IMG/VR virus record: IMGVR_UViG_3300037089_000506
Direction: 5' to 3' (one strand)
Source of the DNA: a virus
DNA length: 64,000 nt
A program made the position numbers and the translations under genes. The notes beneath the pieces were generated by a model. That model was not told the DNA's origin. It ran no database searches and saw nothing but the letters and a program-made list of their open reading frames with translations. Below, piece after piece: positions 9,926-20,119 of the stretch (position 1 is the first letter of the stretch; the number at the start of each line of letters is the position of its first letter).

Positions 9926-10139
9926 CTTTACCCCACCAACACTCACAACCGTATACCTTCTCACCAGAATCGAGAAGAATAGTAGGGTTAGTTATCTGCA
10001 TTTCTACAAGTAACTCACCCAAGCCTCCAGCACCATTAGGTATCTCATCTTCTATTCTAATTCCATACCCAAAGAATCTTGCTTCTGTATCATTTCCTGA
10101 TAGAATTGCACCTACTCGTTCACCAATTTTTGCTTGCAT
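9909..10139 (-). CDS. Hypothetical protein (76 aa)
   Basis: Packed behind the 10141 ORF; protein-like composition ending GCECWWG. Confidence 0.6.
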   Translation of the reverse strand: MQAKIGERVGAILSGNDTEARFFGYGIRIEDEIPNGAGGLGELLVEMQITNPTILLDSGEKVYGCECWWGKERVSI

Positions 10140-10140
10140 A

Positions 10141-10518
10141 TTATATCCCTTTAGCTGCTTTATACTTCTGAAGATTCATAATGATTTCTTTAAGCATACT
10201 CTTTTCTTGGTATGTAGGCACTACCTCTACACTACGTTCCTTCAAGAGTTGTCGCATAGTTTCCAGAGCCATTACTGCCATAGTAGGGTCGTGCTTAGAG
10301 GAGTCATACTCCATCACTGCTTTTCTAGTAAGTTCCATGTACTCTCTGAGTTTTTTATTTTGTTCTTGAAGCTGGAAATGATCCAATATAATTGGATTTT
10401 TCATTGTTTGAGCCATACGGAGATAATGCCATCCTTTGCAGATAAGCATTATCCATGCGGGTGAAAAAATAACAAACCACACCAAAACGACAGGGATAGC
10501 AGTTCCTAAAGTGATCAT
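10141..10518 (-). CDS. Membrane-anchored hypothetical protein (paralog of next gene)
   Basis: AAGGAG RBS before ATG 10518; N-terminal hydrophobic helix; core shared with 10520-10843. Confidence 0.7.
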   Translation of the reverse strand: MITLGTAIPVVLVWFVIFSPAWIMLICKGWHYLRMAQTMKNPIILDHFQLQEQNKKLREYMELTRKAVMEYDSSKHDPTMAVMALETMRQLLKERSVEVVPTYQEKSMLKEIIMNLQKYKAAKGI

Positions 10519-10519
10519 A

Positions 10520-10843
10520 TTACGCTCCTTTATGGTACCCAAGTTTTATTAAAGTAGCAATAGCAGTATCCCGCTCTTCCTCTGTGGGCTGCATCATGAT
10601 TTGAGCTACATCAATAAGATTTCTTCTCATCGCCTCCAAAGTTAGCATAGCTATTTCAGGGCTATGATTTGACTGGTCATAGAGTAAGAGTGCGGAACGG
10701 GTTGTTTTCATATACGTTTCTAATCTTTTTGTATATTCCTTACCTTGAGGAGGGAACATAGTATCAGTACTGTCCTTCCTATCCCTCAGCTTGGCGAAAA
10801 CAAAGATACCAATAAGTAATACAATAAAGATTAGAACTACCAT
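10520..10843 (-). CDS. Membrane-anchored hypothetical protein (paralog of previous gene)
   Basis: AAGAGG RBS before ATG 10843; TM helix VVLIFIVLLIGIFVFA. Confidence 0.7.
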   Translation of the reverse strand: MVVLIFIVLLIGIFVFAKLRDRKDSTDTMFPPQGKEYTKRLETYMKTTRSALLLYDQSNHSPEIAMLTLEAMRRNLIDVAQIMMQPTEEERDTAIATLIKLGYHKGA

Positions 10844-10861
10844 ATCATTCCTCTTACTATA

Positions 10862-10890
10862 AGTATAATATTCACTATACATAATGTCAA
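10862..10890 (-). promoter_or_regulatory. Sigma70 promoter
   Basis: Minus strand TTGACA (10890-10885), 17 nt, TATACT (10867-10862). Confidence 0.85.
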
Positions 10891-10910
10891 GCAGAAAAAA
10901 GCAAAATTCT

Positions 10911-10918
10911 ACTAATTA
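10911..10918 (+). promoter_or_regulatory. Putative late-promoter motif ACTAATTA
   Basis: Heads the baseplate/tail operon; followed by GAGGAG and ATG 10932. Confidence 0.65.
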
Positions 10919-10931
10919 TAGAGGAGACAAA

Positions 10932-11990
10932 ATGAAACCAACTTTAGTAGATTTAGATAGGGAAACTCTAAAAACTCCAATATCTCCTATTCCAGTAACT
11001 TCTGTTCCCCTCTCTTATCTACCTATTGAACTTTCTACAAATGGAAGACTAGGTGTACCTAAAGTAGTCTATTGTAGAAATTTTAATACTGAAGATATTT
11101 TAACACTTTCTATGCTTGCTGAGAATATTCTACCTGAAAGAGTTATAGCCGTCTTGAATTCCCTTATGTATGGTGATGTTGACGTTGCTAGTTGGCCCGA
11201 AAAAACTATTATTGAACTTTTGGTACAAATATATGCCAACTATTTTACTCCCGTACTTTTTGAAGTCCGATTTCCATGGAATGAAAGTGATATTACATGG
11301 CTAGAAGAAAAGGGAGATATAAAAAAAATAGAGCAACTCCAGAAGGGGCTATGGATACCACGAATAGATTTAGATTTGCGAACCTGTGTTACTATAAATA
11401 GCCTAAATGAAAATGTAAAGGAAACTGTTACAATAACTAAAAAAGATAAAGAAGGGAAGGTTCTACTAAAAGCAAAGTTTATATCTTATCCAAAGTATGG
11501 AGATGTTCTCATTATAAGAAAAGAGGTTCAGAACAAATTTCAAGAATCCGACAAGAAGTATTCAAAGATACAGAGGTTATCAGAGACGTACTCTACTTAT
11601 ATTGATCAAGACAGAGACCTTTCTACTTTGCCTAATCTTGATACAATGGAATATCTAGAGTGGCAAAATGCCGAACTACAAAAGAATATCTATTTGGCTG
11701 ATGCTACGTTAGCTCTTTACTTATTGGAGTTTAATGGTGAGGATGTATCTGGATTACCTTTGAGTGAGAAGGTACAAATTCTAAAACGCCCAGAATTCGA
11801 TGTGAATATATCTGCTAAAATAAATAAGCATTATAATTCTTTGAAATTTGGTATTGATCCTGAAATCCATGTAAAAAATCCCATTACAGGTGAGAACTGT
11901 ACTAGGAGGTATTCTTTTCGACCATATGATATTATTCAAGCCATACAGTCGAGAGAACCTGATGGATATGATTTATCTTATGACGAGTAG
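10932..11990 (+). CDS. Baseplate hub assembly protein (T4 gp26-like)
   Basis: IELSTNG...YCRNFNTEDILTL N-terminus and C-terminal VKNPITGE match the gp26 family pattern. Start reassigned to ATG 10932 on RBS evidence. Confidence 0.7.
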   Translation: MKPTLVDLDRETLKTPISPIPVTSVPLSYLPIELSTNGRLGVPKVVYCRNFNTEDILTLSMLAENILPERVIAVLNSLMYGDVDVASWPEKTIIELLVQIYANYFTPVLFEVRFPWNESDITWLEEKGDIKKIEQLQKGLWIPRIDLDLRTCVTINSLNENVKETVTITKKDKEGKVLLKAKFISYPKYGDVLIIRKEVQNKFQESDKKYSKIQRLSETYSTYIDQDRDLSTLPNLDTMEYLEWQNAELQKNIYLADATLALYLLEFNGEDVSGLPLSEKVQILKRPEFDVNISAKINKHYNSLKFGIDPEIHVKNPITGENCTRRYSFRPYDIIQAIQSREPDGYDLSYDE

Positions 11991-12120
11991 AACGGCTAAT
12001 TCAATAGAGTCACTTATGAAATTACCATTTCATATTTTTATGTTCCAATGGAATCTTCTAAATAATACTCTAAAAGAGGAGTATAACTCCCGACATAGAA
12101 ATACTATGTCTATAGGATAA
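11962..12120 (+). CDS. Small baseplate hub assembly protein (gp51-like)
   Basis: MIYLMTSRTANSIESLMKLPFHIFMFQWNLL resembles the gp51-type pattern; lies between the gp26-like and tape-measure-like genes. Confidence 0.55.
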   Translation: MDMIYLMTSRTANSIESLMKLPFHIFMFQWNLLNNTLKEEYNSRHRNTMSIG

Positions 12121-12124
12121 AATA

Positions 12125-13915
12125 ATGAGTGATATACCGAGTGGTATTACAAAAGTAAAAAACCCCACTGAAGACCTTTTAAAGGAAGTAAATAAATCCA
12201 TACTTCAACTCAATAAAAGAATGGAGACGAATACAGGTATAATGCAAAATATGTTTTTAGCTGTAGGAGGGAAACCAGATGCGGCTAAGAATATGTTTAA
12301 ACTACAAGAAGACTATTTCAAACGACAGGAAACTAAAGATAAACTTGATGAAAAGTTTGGTACAGATTTCCAAGCTATGCTAAAGTATATGAAAGCCATA
12401 GCAGAAAGTCCTATAATAAAAAAGGGTAATGCTGCTTTAGATAGACAACAAAAAAAAGACTTACAAAAAAATGTTGATAGTGGCTTTTTAGGAAAACTAG
12501 GGGAAGAGATATACTCAAAAATATTGGGTGGAAACTTTAAGCCTAAGCAAGAAAGAGCCCATGAAAACGCAGAAAATATAAATCATGCATATAGTATTGG
12601 GCATAGAAACCTTGTGGGATATTATGATAAGGGGTATTTTGGAGAAAATGTAGGTGGGAATGGTGGAGGAGATGAATCCTCTGGTGGTGGTGGTGGGCTC
12701 CCTGGAATTACTCCTCAAAAAGGAAAAGGTCGCTACCAAAAGAAAATGGATAGAATTAATGGTGGTAGAGGTGGTGGTGGAGGTCTCCACCTAGAAGCCT
12801 ATGGGCAGGGCAAGGAAGAAGTTTCTGCTGGTGAAGTAGCACACTTACCTTTTTTAATTTCAGGCCCGCCATTACTATTACATCACGATTTGAAAGAAAT
12901 GCTAGAGATACAAAGGAAAGCACAGGTAGATGCATCTTGGAAATCTGGGGGAGGGGGAGGAGGAATAGAAGGATTATTAGCCGGTGCAGGAATTGCTACT
13001 GCAATAGGCGCTGCCCTCCCAGGAATATTAGCTGTAGCCCTTCCTGCATTAGGTATTATTGCTGGCGTAGCTGGGCTAGCATTACTAATAAGTGCTGCTG
13101 TTTCTGATACAAAAAAAAGACAACACGAAAGAGATGCTACGTTAGCAAGTCTTACTCCTGAGCAAATCGCAGCATTAAAAGCTAAGGGAATAACTACTAC
13201 CCCTGGTTCTGGTATGTCTGAAACGGCTAATGCACAAAAAGCAATAGCTACAGGTAATGCTGCTGATGTAGATATAAGTGGATCAAATGCTAACTCAATT
13301 ATGGGAACAGGTAGTAAGTCTGAAATTAATACTTATCAAGAAATCCTAAAAGCAAAAGAAGCTAAAAGAAAAGAAGATGAAAGAAGAGTAGGTAATCCCG
13401 AGCAAGCAGGTAATTATTGGATGATGGATGCTCAAGGAAATTATTGGTATTCATCTAATGCAAGTATGTCCCCTTCTGCAAAATTTATGTTTGATGATGA
13501 TAGCCAAAAAACTAATTTATGGCAAAAAATTAAAAACAGTGAATCAGGGCGTAAACTTTATAGTAAATTAGGTTTTGAATCCTCATTTTTTGATCAAGTA
13601 TTACAGGATAATGCGATTCATAAATTTCATAGTGGAGGTGAAGTTAATGCTACTTTACAAGATGGAGAGAGCGTAATAGATAGAAGTCATACTAATAAAT
13701 TAAATATGTTTATAGATAGTTTAGCAAATGTTGCTATGAGCACATCAGATAAGAGTACAACATCTATTTTAGAAGAGCAGAATGAACTCCTACGAGAAAT
13801 GTTAAAAGCTACAAATATGGGTAATGATATTTTAAAAAATTCTAAAGCAGCAGGTTCAAGTAAGGCTACAGTTCAAGCAAATAAAATAGCCCCCCCTGAA
13901 CCAGCAAAGGTATAA
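12125..13915 (+). CDS. Tape-measure / baseplate hub (gp29-like) protein
   Basis: Helical Ala/Gly-rich, hydrophobic segment, C-terminal FHSGGEVNATLQDGESVI motif typical of tape-measure tails. Confidence 0.65.
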   Translation: MSDIPSGITKVKNPTEDLLKEVNKSILQLNKRMETNTGIMQNMFLAVGGKPDAAKNMFKLQEDYFKRQETKDKLDEKFGTDFQAMLKYMKAIAESPIIKKGNAALDRQQKKDLQKNVDSGFLGKLGEEIYSKILGGNFKPKQERAHENAENINHAYSIGHRNLVGYYDKGYFGENVGGNGGGDESSGGGGGLPGITPQKGKGRYQKKMDRINGGRGGGGGLHLEAYGQGKEEVSAGEVAHLPFLISGPPLLLHHDLKEMLEIQRKAQVDASWKSGGGGGGIEGLLAGAGIATAIGAALPGILAVALPALGIIAGVAGLALLISAAVSDTKKRQHERDATLASLTPEQIAALKAKGITTTPGSGMSETANAQKAIATGNAADVDISGSNANSIMGTGSKSEINTYQEILKAKEAKRKEDERRVGNPEQAGNYWMMDAQGNYWYSSNASMSPSAKFMFDDDSQKTNLWQKIKNSESGRKLYSKLGFESSFFDQVLQDNAIHKFHSGGEVNATLQDGESVIDRSHTNKLNMFIDSLANVAMSTSDKSTTSILEEQNELLREMLKATNMGNDILKNSKAAGSSKATVQANKIAPPEPAKV

Positions 13916-13917
13916 TT

Positions 13918-14757
13918 ATGAATTTAAGTGGAAGTTATATACATCTATCTAAATCAAGCTCCCCTTCAGGGAAGGCGGTGGAGTGGTATGTCCCTTATGA
14001 GGGAGAAAATGGTATATCTGTAGAGCAACAATATAGAATGCCTATTAAAGAGGCTTACGAAGCATTAGGAGAAATGGTAGAAAACTTAACAGAAACAGTA
14101 AGCACCACAGCAGGAAAAGTTCTCAAGGGTGTTGAATTTTTATCTGATATGTTTGGTATTAAAATATTTACTAAGCTATACTATTCTCAAGCATGGGCAG
14201 GAGAGGAACCTGCTACGTTTTCTATAAAATTAAAATTCTTCAGGGGGATGAATAATGCTTGGGATGCTAAATCAGAAGTATTTGTTCCTATTATGAATAT
14301 AATGTCATGTACTGTGCCTTATGATATAGGTCCTATTTTAACTGCTCCAGGTCCAAATGCTATAGATTGCTTTGCTCTTTTTGCAGGGAGTCTTGTGGGA
14401 ATGGGACTAGCATCAGGAACTGTTGGGAAGAGCTTACAGACTATAGGGCAGGACGCTACAGCTGCTCAGTCTAAAAATCAAAACGGAGTAGCAGTAAAGA
14501 TAGGAACTACTGCTTCTAATATTCTTTTTGGTGGAGGGATGTGGAAAGTAGAGTTTGGGTGGGCATCAGGGGGTAACGGAACTAGATTTAATAGGTATAT
14601 GGGGTATACAAATTTAAATTGTACTCAAGCATCTTATGCATTCTCAAGCACCCTTGAAAGTTCTTCCTACCCTATCTCGGGAGATTTAAATTTAACTTTT
14701 AAAACTCAGGATATACTTACAAGCTCTGATTTTACAAATTTATATAGGAGTAAATAA
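13918..14757 (+). CDS. Baseplate/tail-tube initiator-like protein
   Basis: Directly after the tape-measure-like gene; beta-rich C-terminus (CTQASYAFS...PISGDLNLTFKTQDILT). Confidence 0.5.
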   Translation: MNLSGSYIHLSKSSSPSGKAVEWYVPYEGENGISVEQQYRMPIKEAYEALGEMVENLTETVSTTAGKVLKGVEFLSDMFGIKIFTKLYYSQAWAGEEPATFSIKLKFFRGMNNAWDAKSEVFVPIMNIMSCTVPYDIGPILTAPGPNAIDCFALFAGSLVGMGLASGTVGKSLQTIGQDATAAQSKNQNGVAVKIGTTASNILFGGGMWKVEFGWASGGNGTRFNRYMGYTNLNCTQASYAFSSTLESSSYPISGDLNLTFKTQDILTSSDFTNLYRSK

Positions 14758-15074
14758 TGCAGTCTCGCTATGATTTAATGAATGCAGGGGTTACGAGTGA
14801 TTCTGTAGACTCTCAGAATTATCCTGATACATTATCTGTTAACTTTGGAGATTTTACTTATGCTAATCCTCCCTATATTGTTGTTCCTAATTCACAATTA
14901 CAACAAAAACCTTATATATTTTGTCAAGCATACTATGGTTCTGCGAATAACGATGATATAGTATTTAATGTATGTAATGTTTTTCATGTATCTTTGCTTT
15001 ATGAAGAAACACAAATTAAGTTCCCAGTGTTAAGCGATCTTAATTCTTTCATAGCCTCACAAGGAAAAGTATAA
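14757..15074 (+). CDS. Small baseplate protein (LysM/gp53-like)
   Basis: MQSRY start, 105 aa, position between tube-initiator-like and hub genes. Confidence 0.5.
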   Translation: MQSRYDLMNAGVTSDSVDSQNYPDTLSVNFGDFTYANPPYIVVPNSQLQQKPYIFCQAYYGSANNDDIVFNVCNVFHVSLLYEETQIKFPVLSDLNSFIASQGKV

Positions 15075-16405
15075 TGCCTGATGAATATAGTGGTAGTACA
15101 GGGGCTATACAGTCTCAAATTCCTTGGATAGCACAATTATTATTATCCTCTGGCGACCTCACTACTTTAAGCAATATAGATACTGCTACAAATAAATTGA
15201 TACTACAAGTAAGTGCCTATAACACCTATTTAATGGCAGAATGGGGGTTTACAGCTTCTTCTGACTTGTTAGATATTGTATCTCAAAATAATATTACTAT
15301 TGGTAGTCCTATTAAATTTACCTTTTTCCCTGCCATGTCAAATGACTCCGTTGAACTAACCCTATGTGTATTATCAATACAATCGGGAGCAGGATTATCT
15401 GCTACTACATTAGGTAATCAGTTTAGTCTTACCTTAATCTCTCCTTGGTATTTTCAACAATATTTAGATTCCCATACTTATTATGGTAACATACCTTCCA
15501 TTGTTTCACAGATATTTACAAATGATAATTTATATGGTAGTAGTGCTCTATCAGATTTAAGAATAGGAGGAACGAACATCAGTGCTCTAGGAAATAGAGT
15601 ATCCTCTTCTTCAGCAGACCCCCCTGCTAATCGTTACCGTACTATGATGAAACAAGGAGATTTTATAGATATTCGATTGCGAAAATACTATAGAGGTATT
15701 GGTAATAGTTCTTCTTTTATGTTTACTAATATAGATAATGTCTTTGATATATGCTGTTTTAGCGATATGGCCGGGCTTGATACTTATATAGCTATTGATT
15801 ATTCTGATCCCCAATTTTCAGCATATGCAGACTGGATGGCGGACCCAAATTTAATAAAATTAATGATATTTCCTAATAGTAATATATTAAAAATAAATAA
15901 AGGGAATAAACAAAACCTATGGGATGTTTTATCTCCAGCTTTAGCTTATTTCGGTAGGCAAAAAACATATATAAAATCTTATTATGATACGCCTATGCTA
16001 CCTATATTAGGATATGATAAGGCTAATAGCTTCAGCTATGTAAATAAAAATAAAGGTATGGGTGCTATAACTAAACTATACATTGATGATACTATGCATG
16101 ATTTTGATGATATACAGTCTATGAAGTTCAATGAGTATAATAAAGACCTTCGAGATGCCCATAAATTTACTTTAATTTGTATGCCAAATTTATTTGTTAA
16201 AGCAGGGCGATTGTGTAATCTGAATTTATTAACAAAAGATCAAACTAGCTCTTCCCTGTTTACCCAAAAAGACTATATTATTTCAGAAGTAACTCATGTA
16301 TTTCAAGGTATTGTATGTAGAACAGAGCTTACCCTAGAAACTTCATGTTTAAGTTATACTGACCCTGACACTGTATCCCTACTATTTACTGCTCCTACGG
16401 ACTAG
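15074..16405 (+). CDS. Baseplate hub protein (gp27/late-control-D-like)
   Basis: 443 aa; C-terminal GRLCNL...DYIISEVTHVFQGIVCRTELTL typical of hub proteins; synteny. Confidence 0.6.
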   Translation: MPDEYSGSTGAIQSQIPWIAQLLLSSGDLTTLSNIDTATNKLILQVSAYNTYLMAEWGFTASSDLLDIVSQNNITIGSPIKFTFFPAMSNDSVELTLCVLSIQSGAGLSATTLGNQFSLTLISPWYFQQYLDSHTYYGNIPSIVSQIFTNDNLYGSSALSDLRIGGTNISALGNRVSSSSADPPANRYRTMMKQGDFIDIRLRKYYRGIGNSSSFMFTNIDNVFDICCFSDMAGLDTYIAIDYSDPQFSAYADWMADPNLIKLMIFPNSNILKINKGNKQNLWDVLSPALAYFGRQKTYIKSYYDTPMLPILGYDKANSFSYVNKNKGMGAITKLYIDDTMHDFDDIQSMKFNEYNKDLRDAHKFTLICMPNLFVKAGRLCNLNLLTKDQTSSSLFTQKDYIISEVTHVFQGIVCRTELTLETSCLSYTDPDTVSLLFTAPTD

Positions 16406-16434
16406 TTGACTTTTCCTTTTTTTTGTTGTATTCT
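16406..16434 (+). promoter_or_regulatory. Sigma70 promoter for replication/recombination operon
   Basis: TTGACT 16406-16411, 17 nt, TATTCT 16429-16434. Confidence 0.75.
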
Positions 16435-16451
16435 CCTCTCTAGAGGCTCCA

Positions 16452-17489
16452 ATGCAACTATCAATATCTCAACGTCCTCGGCTTTTGAAAGATGTCTTTG
16501 GTCAGAATAATGTTATTAAAGAACTTCTACATCAGCAATCTACACACCACTGGCCACAGGCTATGTTACTAAAAGGGCCTACAGGCACAGGCAAAACAAC
16601 TATAGCACAAATTATAGCCATGGCTATAAATTGTCAATCCCCGGATATTGAAGGAAATCCTTGTGGTGAATGCCCATCATGTAAGTCTATTAAAAGTGAA
16701 GATTTTCATAGAGATACACATAGGCTTGATGGCTCTCAATCAGGAAAAGACGATGTGATTGATATAACATCAGCCATAAATATATCTCCTATGTATGATA
16801 ATAATACTATTATTATTATTGAGGAATCAGATCAACTATCAGCAAAAGCAAAATCAGCCTTATTAAAAGTGCTAGAGAAGCCTAAAGATAATGTATATTT
16901 TATTCTGCTATCTATGGTTAGTACTGGATTACCTATGGAAATTCAGAGTAGATGCCAAGTCTTTAATCTACAAAGATTTACTGTAATAAATATAATGTAT
17001 GCGTTAAAGTCTATATTAGAAAAAAAGAATCTATGGGAATCTGATACTATTCCTAATTCTTTCAAGGTAGAGGGACTGAAGGCAATTGCGGAATCTTCGG
17101 AAGGCTCTTTACGAGCAGCAGTACAGGCATTAGATAAATGTCTAATAGGGGAATATTGGACGTTAGAGTTAATACAACAGAATGTAGGGATAATAGATGA
17201 ACGACAAACATTTAATCTTATTGAATTATTAGTAAATGGAGACACTAAATTCTTTAATGCTTTTGAAGAGGTTGACTTTATAAGTATTTTTGACTATACT
17301 TATAATATGCTATCTAAAACTACTTATGCTGTTTATCCTAATTCTAGATACAATGATCTATTACAGGTTTTTGATGATATTTCTTCCCAGCCCTTCTTGA
17401 GAAAATCCTATATCATAAGTAAGTTTACTCAATTTATACTAAGTCATCCAATGGAAGAGAAAAAAGTTGTGAGGAGGTTTAATGACTAA
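16452..17489 (+). CDS. dnaX: Clamp loader, DNA polymerase III gamma/tau-like
   Basis: RPRLLKDVFGQ, Walker A GPTGTGKTT, Zn motif CQ...PCGECPSC, IIEESDQLS, SRC motif. Confidence 0.88.
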   Translation: MQLSISQRPRLLKDVFGQNNVIKELLHQQSTHHWPQAMLLKGPTGTGKTTIAQIIAMAINCQSPDIEGNPCGECPSCKSIKSEDFHRDTHRLDGSQSGKDDVIDITSAINISPMYDNNTIIIIEESDQLSAKAKSALLKVLEKPKDNVYFILLSMVSTGLPMEIQSRCQVFNLQRFTVINIMYALKSILEKKNLWESDTIPNSFKVEGLKAIAESSEGSLRAAVQALDKCLIGEYWTLELIQQNVGIIDERQTFNLIELLVNGDTKFFNAFEEVDFISIFDYTYNMLSKTTYAVYPNSRYNDLLQVFDDISSQPFLRKSYIISKFTQFILSHPMEEKKVVRRFND

Positions 17490-18240
17490 TGAAGATATTG
17501 TATCTAATTTAAGTTCATCTGCATATACATTGATAAATGATAGAATGTTACGAGGATTAGGAGGAAATGCCTATGAGGCTATTATTTTATCTAAATTTTT
17601 ATCATTCTATAAATATTTTTATGATTGTAAATTACTCACCTCTGATGGTTATTTTTTTCAAACAATAGACGACTTAGAAAAACTATGTGGTATTAGTGAA
17701 TATTACCAGCGCTCGGCAATAAAAGGGCTAGAAAGTAAACATTTACTTTCAGTACGAATATCAGGGTCTCCCCCTAAACGATATTTTAAAATTCATACTG
17801 AAAATATTCTCATTATAATGGAAACCCCTGTTCCTAAGAAATATATAGTGTCTAGGGAAGAGAAGAAAATTCAGCAAGATAAGTTTTACAAGGAATTGAA
17901 TTCAGCTCTAATATTCTCCTGGAAACTAACTCAAGAACGTGGTGGTAATATCCCAAAGCAATTATTATGGTTTATGTATGTATGGCAGGACTATATGAAA
18001 GCTAAAGGGGGCTTTGAATGGAATACAGCCCTTTATGGGGAATTACGTAATTATTGGAGAGTAAAGTATAATAAAAAATTATTTAATTATACTATATTAC
18101 ATGACTTTATGTATCTTGATCAGCCTAAAACTATATATAATTTTATTACCTATGATAGAAAGACACCAGAACTAGCATTTTTAGATAGACTCATTTATAA
18201 TGAGTTTGATATAGAAGGAGAGAAGTATGAGGAGAAATAA
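17482..18240 (+). CDS. Winged-helix replication initiator/organizer-like protein
   Basis: YFFQTIDDLEKLCGISEYYQRSAIKGLESKHLLSVRISGSPPKRYFKI wHTH pattern. Confidence 0.6.
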   Translation: MTNEDIVSNLSSSAYTLINDRMLRGLGGNAYEAIILSKFLSFYKYFYDCKLLTSDGYFFQTIDDLEKLCGISEYYQRSAIKGLESKHLLSVRISGSPPKRYFKIHTENILIIMETPVPKKYIVSREEKKIQQDKFYKELNSALIFSWKLTQERGGNIPKQLLWFMYVWQDYMKAKGGFEWNTALYGELRNYWRVKYNKKLFNYTILHDFMYLDQPKTIYNFITYDRKTPELAFLDRLIYNEFDIEGEKYEEK

Positions 18241-19334
18241 TGGCTAAACGCAAAGAACAGACTGAAGAAGAAAAGCAGACATCACAAATTCTTAAAACTA
18301 TTACTGATTTACGAGTAACATATGGAAAATCTTTACCTTCTATAGAGGAGGCGGGGACTATTCATAGGGTGATATTAAATTCCCCTAAAGCAAACTATAT
18401 TTTTGGTGGTGGGTATCCTTTGAATAGGTCCATAGAACTATATGGTAGTGAAAGTAGTGGAAAATCCATATTCAGTTCTTATATTGGTGGACAGATACAG
18501 AAAAGAACTGATAAGGAAGGACAAAGAATAGTTTTATATGTAGATTCAGAGCACACCTTTGATAGAAAGTATGCAGAAAATGTAGGGCTAGATACTAATG
18601 ATGATAAATTCATTTTGATTCATCCTCTTAATGGTGAAGAGGCATTCACTATTATGGAAGATTTGACTAAAACAGGAGAAATAGGATTAATCATATTTGA
18701 TTCTACCTCTACAATAGCAACAAAAGCAGCAATGGAGGATGATGCGGGTAAGGCTTCTTTTGGTGGTGCTGCTAAAATGTTTGGAGATGGTATGAAAAAA
18801 CTGAATCCATATATGTTTAGATTTGATACTCCAATGATAATGCTAACTCAAATGAGAGCACGTATTGGTGCTTTTGGGCATCAGTCTAAAGATGCGCCTT
18901 CCGGTTGCGGATATGCACCACGATTCTACGCATCGTGGCGAGCTAGATTATCTAAAGGTGAAGATATACTAAATGGCAAAGAGGTTATAGGTAATAAAAT
19001 AACTATAAAGAATACAAAATCTAAGATAGGATACCCTAAGCGTTCAGCCTCTTTAGACTTGTATTATGCTTCTGGTTTTAATTCCGATTTTGAATATATA
19101 GAATTCATGATTCAGTTAGGGTTAATAGAGAAGAAGGGTGGCTGGTATTATTCTGATGAGTATGGACTCAAAGTTCAAGGGGTGGATAAGATATTGCCTT
19201 TACTCTATGAACAACCAGAAAAGTTTGAGGAAGCTAAAAAACAAGTAAATGGACTTTTCTCTACTTATAATGTGTTGGATGAAGGAGAAACTGCTGAAGA
19301 GGAAGACGATGAGGAAATCCCTGAGGAGGATTAA
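18240..19334 (+). CDS. recA: RecA/UvsX recombinase
   Basis: GGGYP, IELYGSESSGKS, YVDSEHTFD, IIFDS, LTQMR, FYASWR; acidic tail. Confidence 0.93.
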   Translation: MAKRKEQTEEEKQTSQILKTITDLRVTYGKSLPSIEEAGTIHRVILNSPKANYIFGGGYPLNRSIELYGSESSGKSIFSSYIGGQIQKRTDKEGQRIVLYVDSEHTFDRKYAENVGLDTNDDKFILIHPLNGEEAFTIMEDLTKTGEIGLIIFDSTSTIATKAAMEDDAGKASFGGAAKMFGDGMKKLNPYMFRFDTPMIMLTQMRARIGAFGHQSKDAPSGCGYAPRFYASWRARLSKGEDILNGKEVIGNKITIKNTKSKIGYPKRSASLDLYYASGFNSDFEYIEFMIQLGLIEKKGGWYYSDEYGLKVQGVDKILPLLYEQPEKFEEAKKQVNGLFSTYNVLDEGETAEEEDDEEIPEED

Positions 19335-19810
19335 TGGAAGATGATTTAGTTATAAATAAAATAAATCAGCTTATCACTTATGCTCAAGGAAAGGCGTTAG
19401 TAGGAGTATACACTCCCCAGATTCCTCAAATAGCTAAAGATAAAATGATGGCTGAAACTTTATCTCAACCCATCACTATTCTTACCCAAGCAAGCCCAGG
19501 TTCATTTGCTGAGTCTCCTGAATATAATATATATTTAGAAAAAATTATAACAGAAACAATAAAGGAACGAAACATGAAAGCAACAATACAGGTGGGTAGA
19601 GAGCATCTTATAAAATTTTTTGAGGGTATGATGTTATTAGAAGAGGATATAAATTCTCTACGAAAGGAATATGGTAGTATAATAATCAATGCTACAAATA
19701 TTGAGGAAGTAGGTAAAAGCCTACTTACACTAAATGATAAGATAAACGCATTAGATTTTCAGTTGAGTATTACTAAAACTATTTTTGATGCGTATAAGCC
19801 GGGGCTATAA
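19334..19810 (+). CDS. Hypothetical helical protein
   Basis: 158 aa, TAATG coupling to recA. Confidence 0.6.
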   Translation: MEDDLVINKINQLITYAQGKALVGVYTPQIPQIAKDKMMAETLSQPITILTQASPGSFAESPEYNIYLEKIITETIKERNMKATIQVGREHLIKFFEGMMLLEEDINSLRKEYGSIIINATNIEEVGKSLLTLNDKINALDFQLSITKTIFDAYKPGL

Positions 19811-19821
19811 AAGGAGTTAGA

Positions 19822-20091
19822 ATGAGTGTAGAAATTGAGACTATTGGACTTGACATTGATGGGACAAAAATAATACTGGATAAAGATGCAGCTAAGGAGT
19901 TATATTTTAAGCTTAAAGAATTATTTGATAGTAAAAATCCTACTTATATTCCTTATCCTATTTATCCTCAACCTGCATATCCATATATTCCGCTTTATCC
20001 TACTTATTTCAGGAGCCCTTGGTGTACTGCCACAACTAATTTAGCAAATATATCTGTAAGTTCTGGTACTACCTTGACAGTTACAACTTAA
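19822..20091 (+). CDS. Hypothetical protein with Pro/Tyr-rich segment
   Basis: AAGGAG RBS; PYPIYPQPAYPYIPLYP. Confidence 0.6.
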   Translation: MSVEIETIGLDIDGTKIILDKDAAKELYFKLKELFDSKNPTYIPYPIYPQPAYPYIPLYPTYFRSPWCTATTNLANISVSSGTTLTVTT

Positions 20092-20119
20092 TGTAGTATA
20101 TTTCTCTTAGAGGTATACA

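Noticed and set aside
11871-11990. Programmed -1 frameshift between the gp26-like and gp51-like ORFs (A AAA AAT)
   Set aside because: The second ORF is in the +1 frame, and it has its own plausible ATG at 11962.
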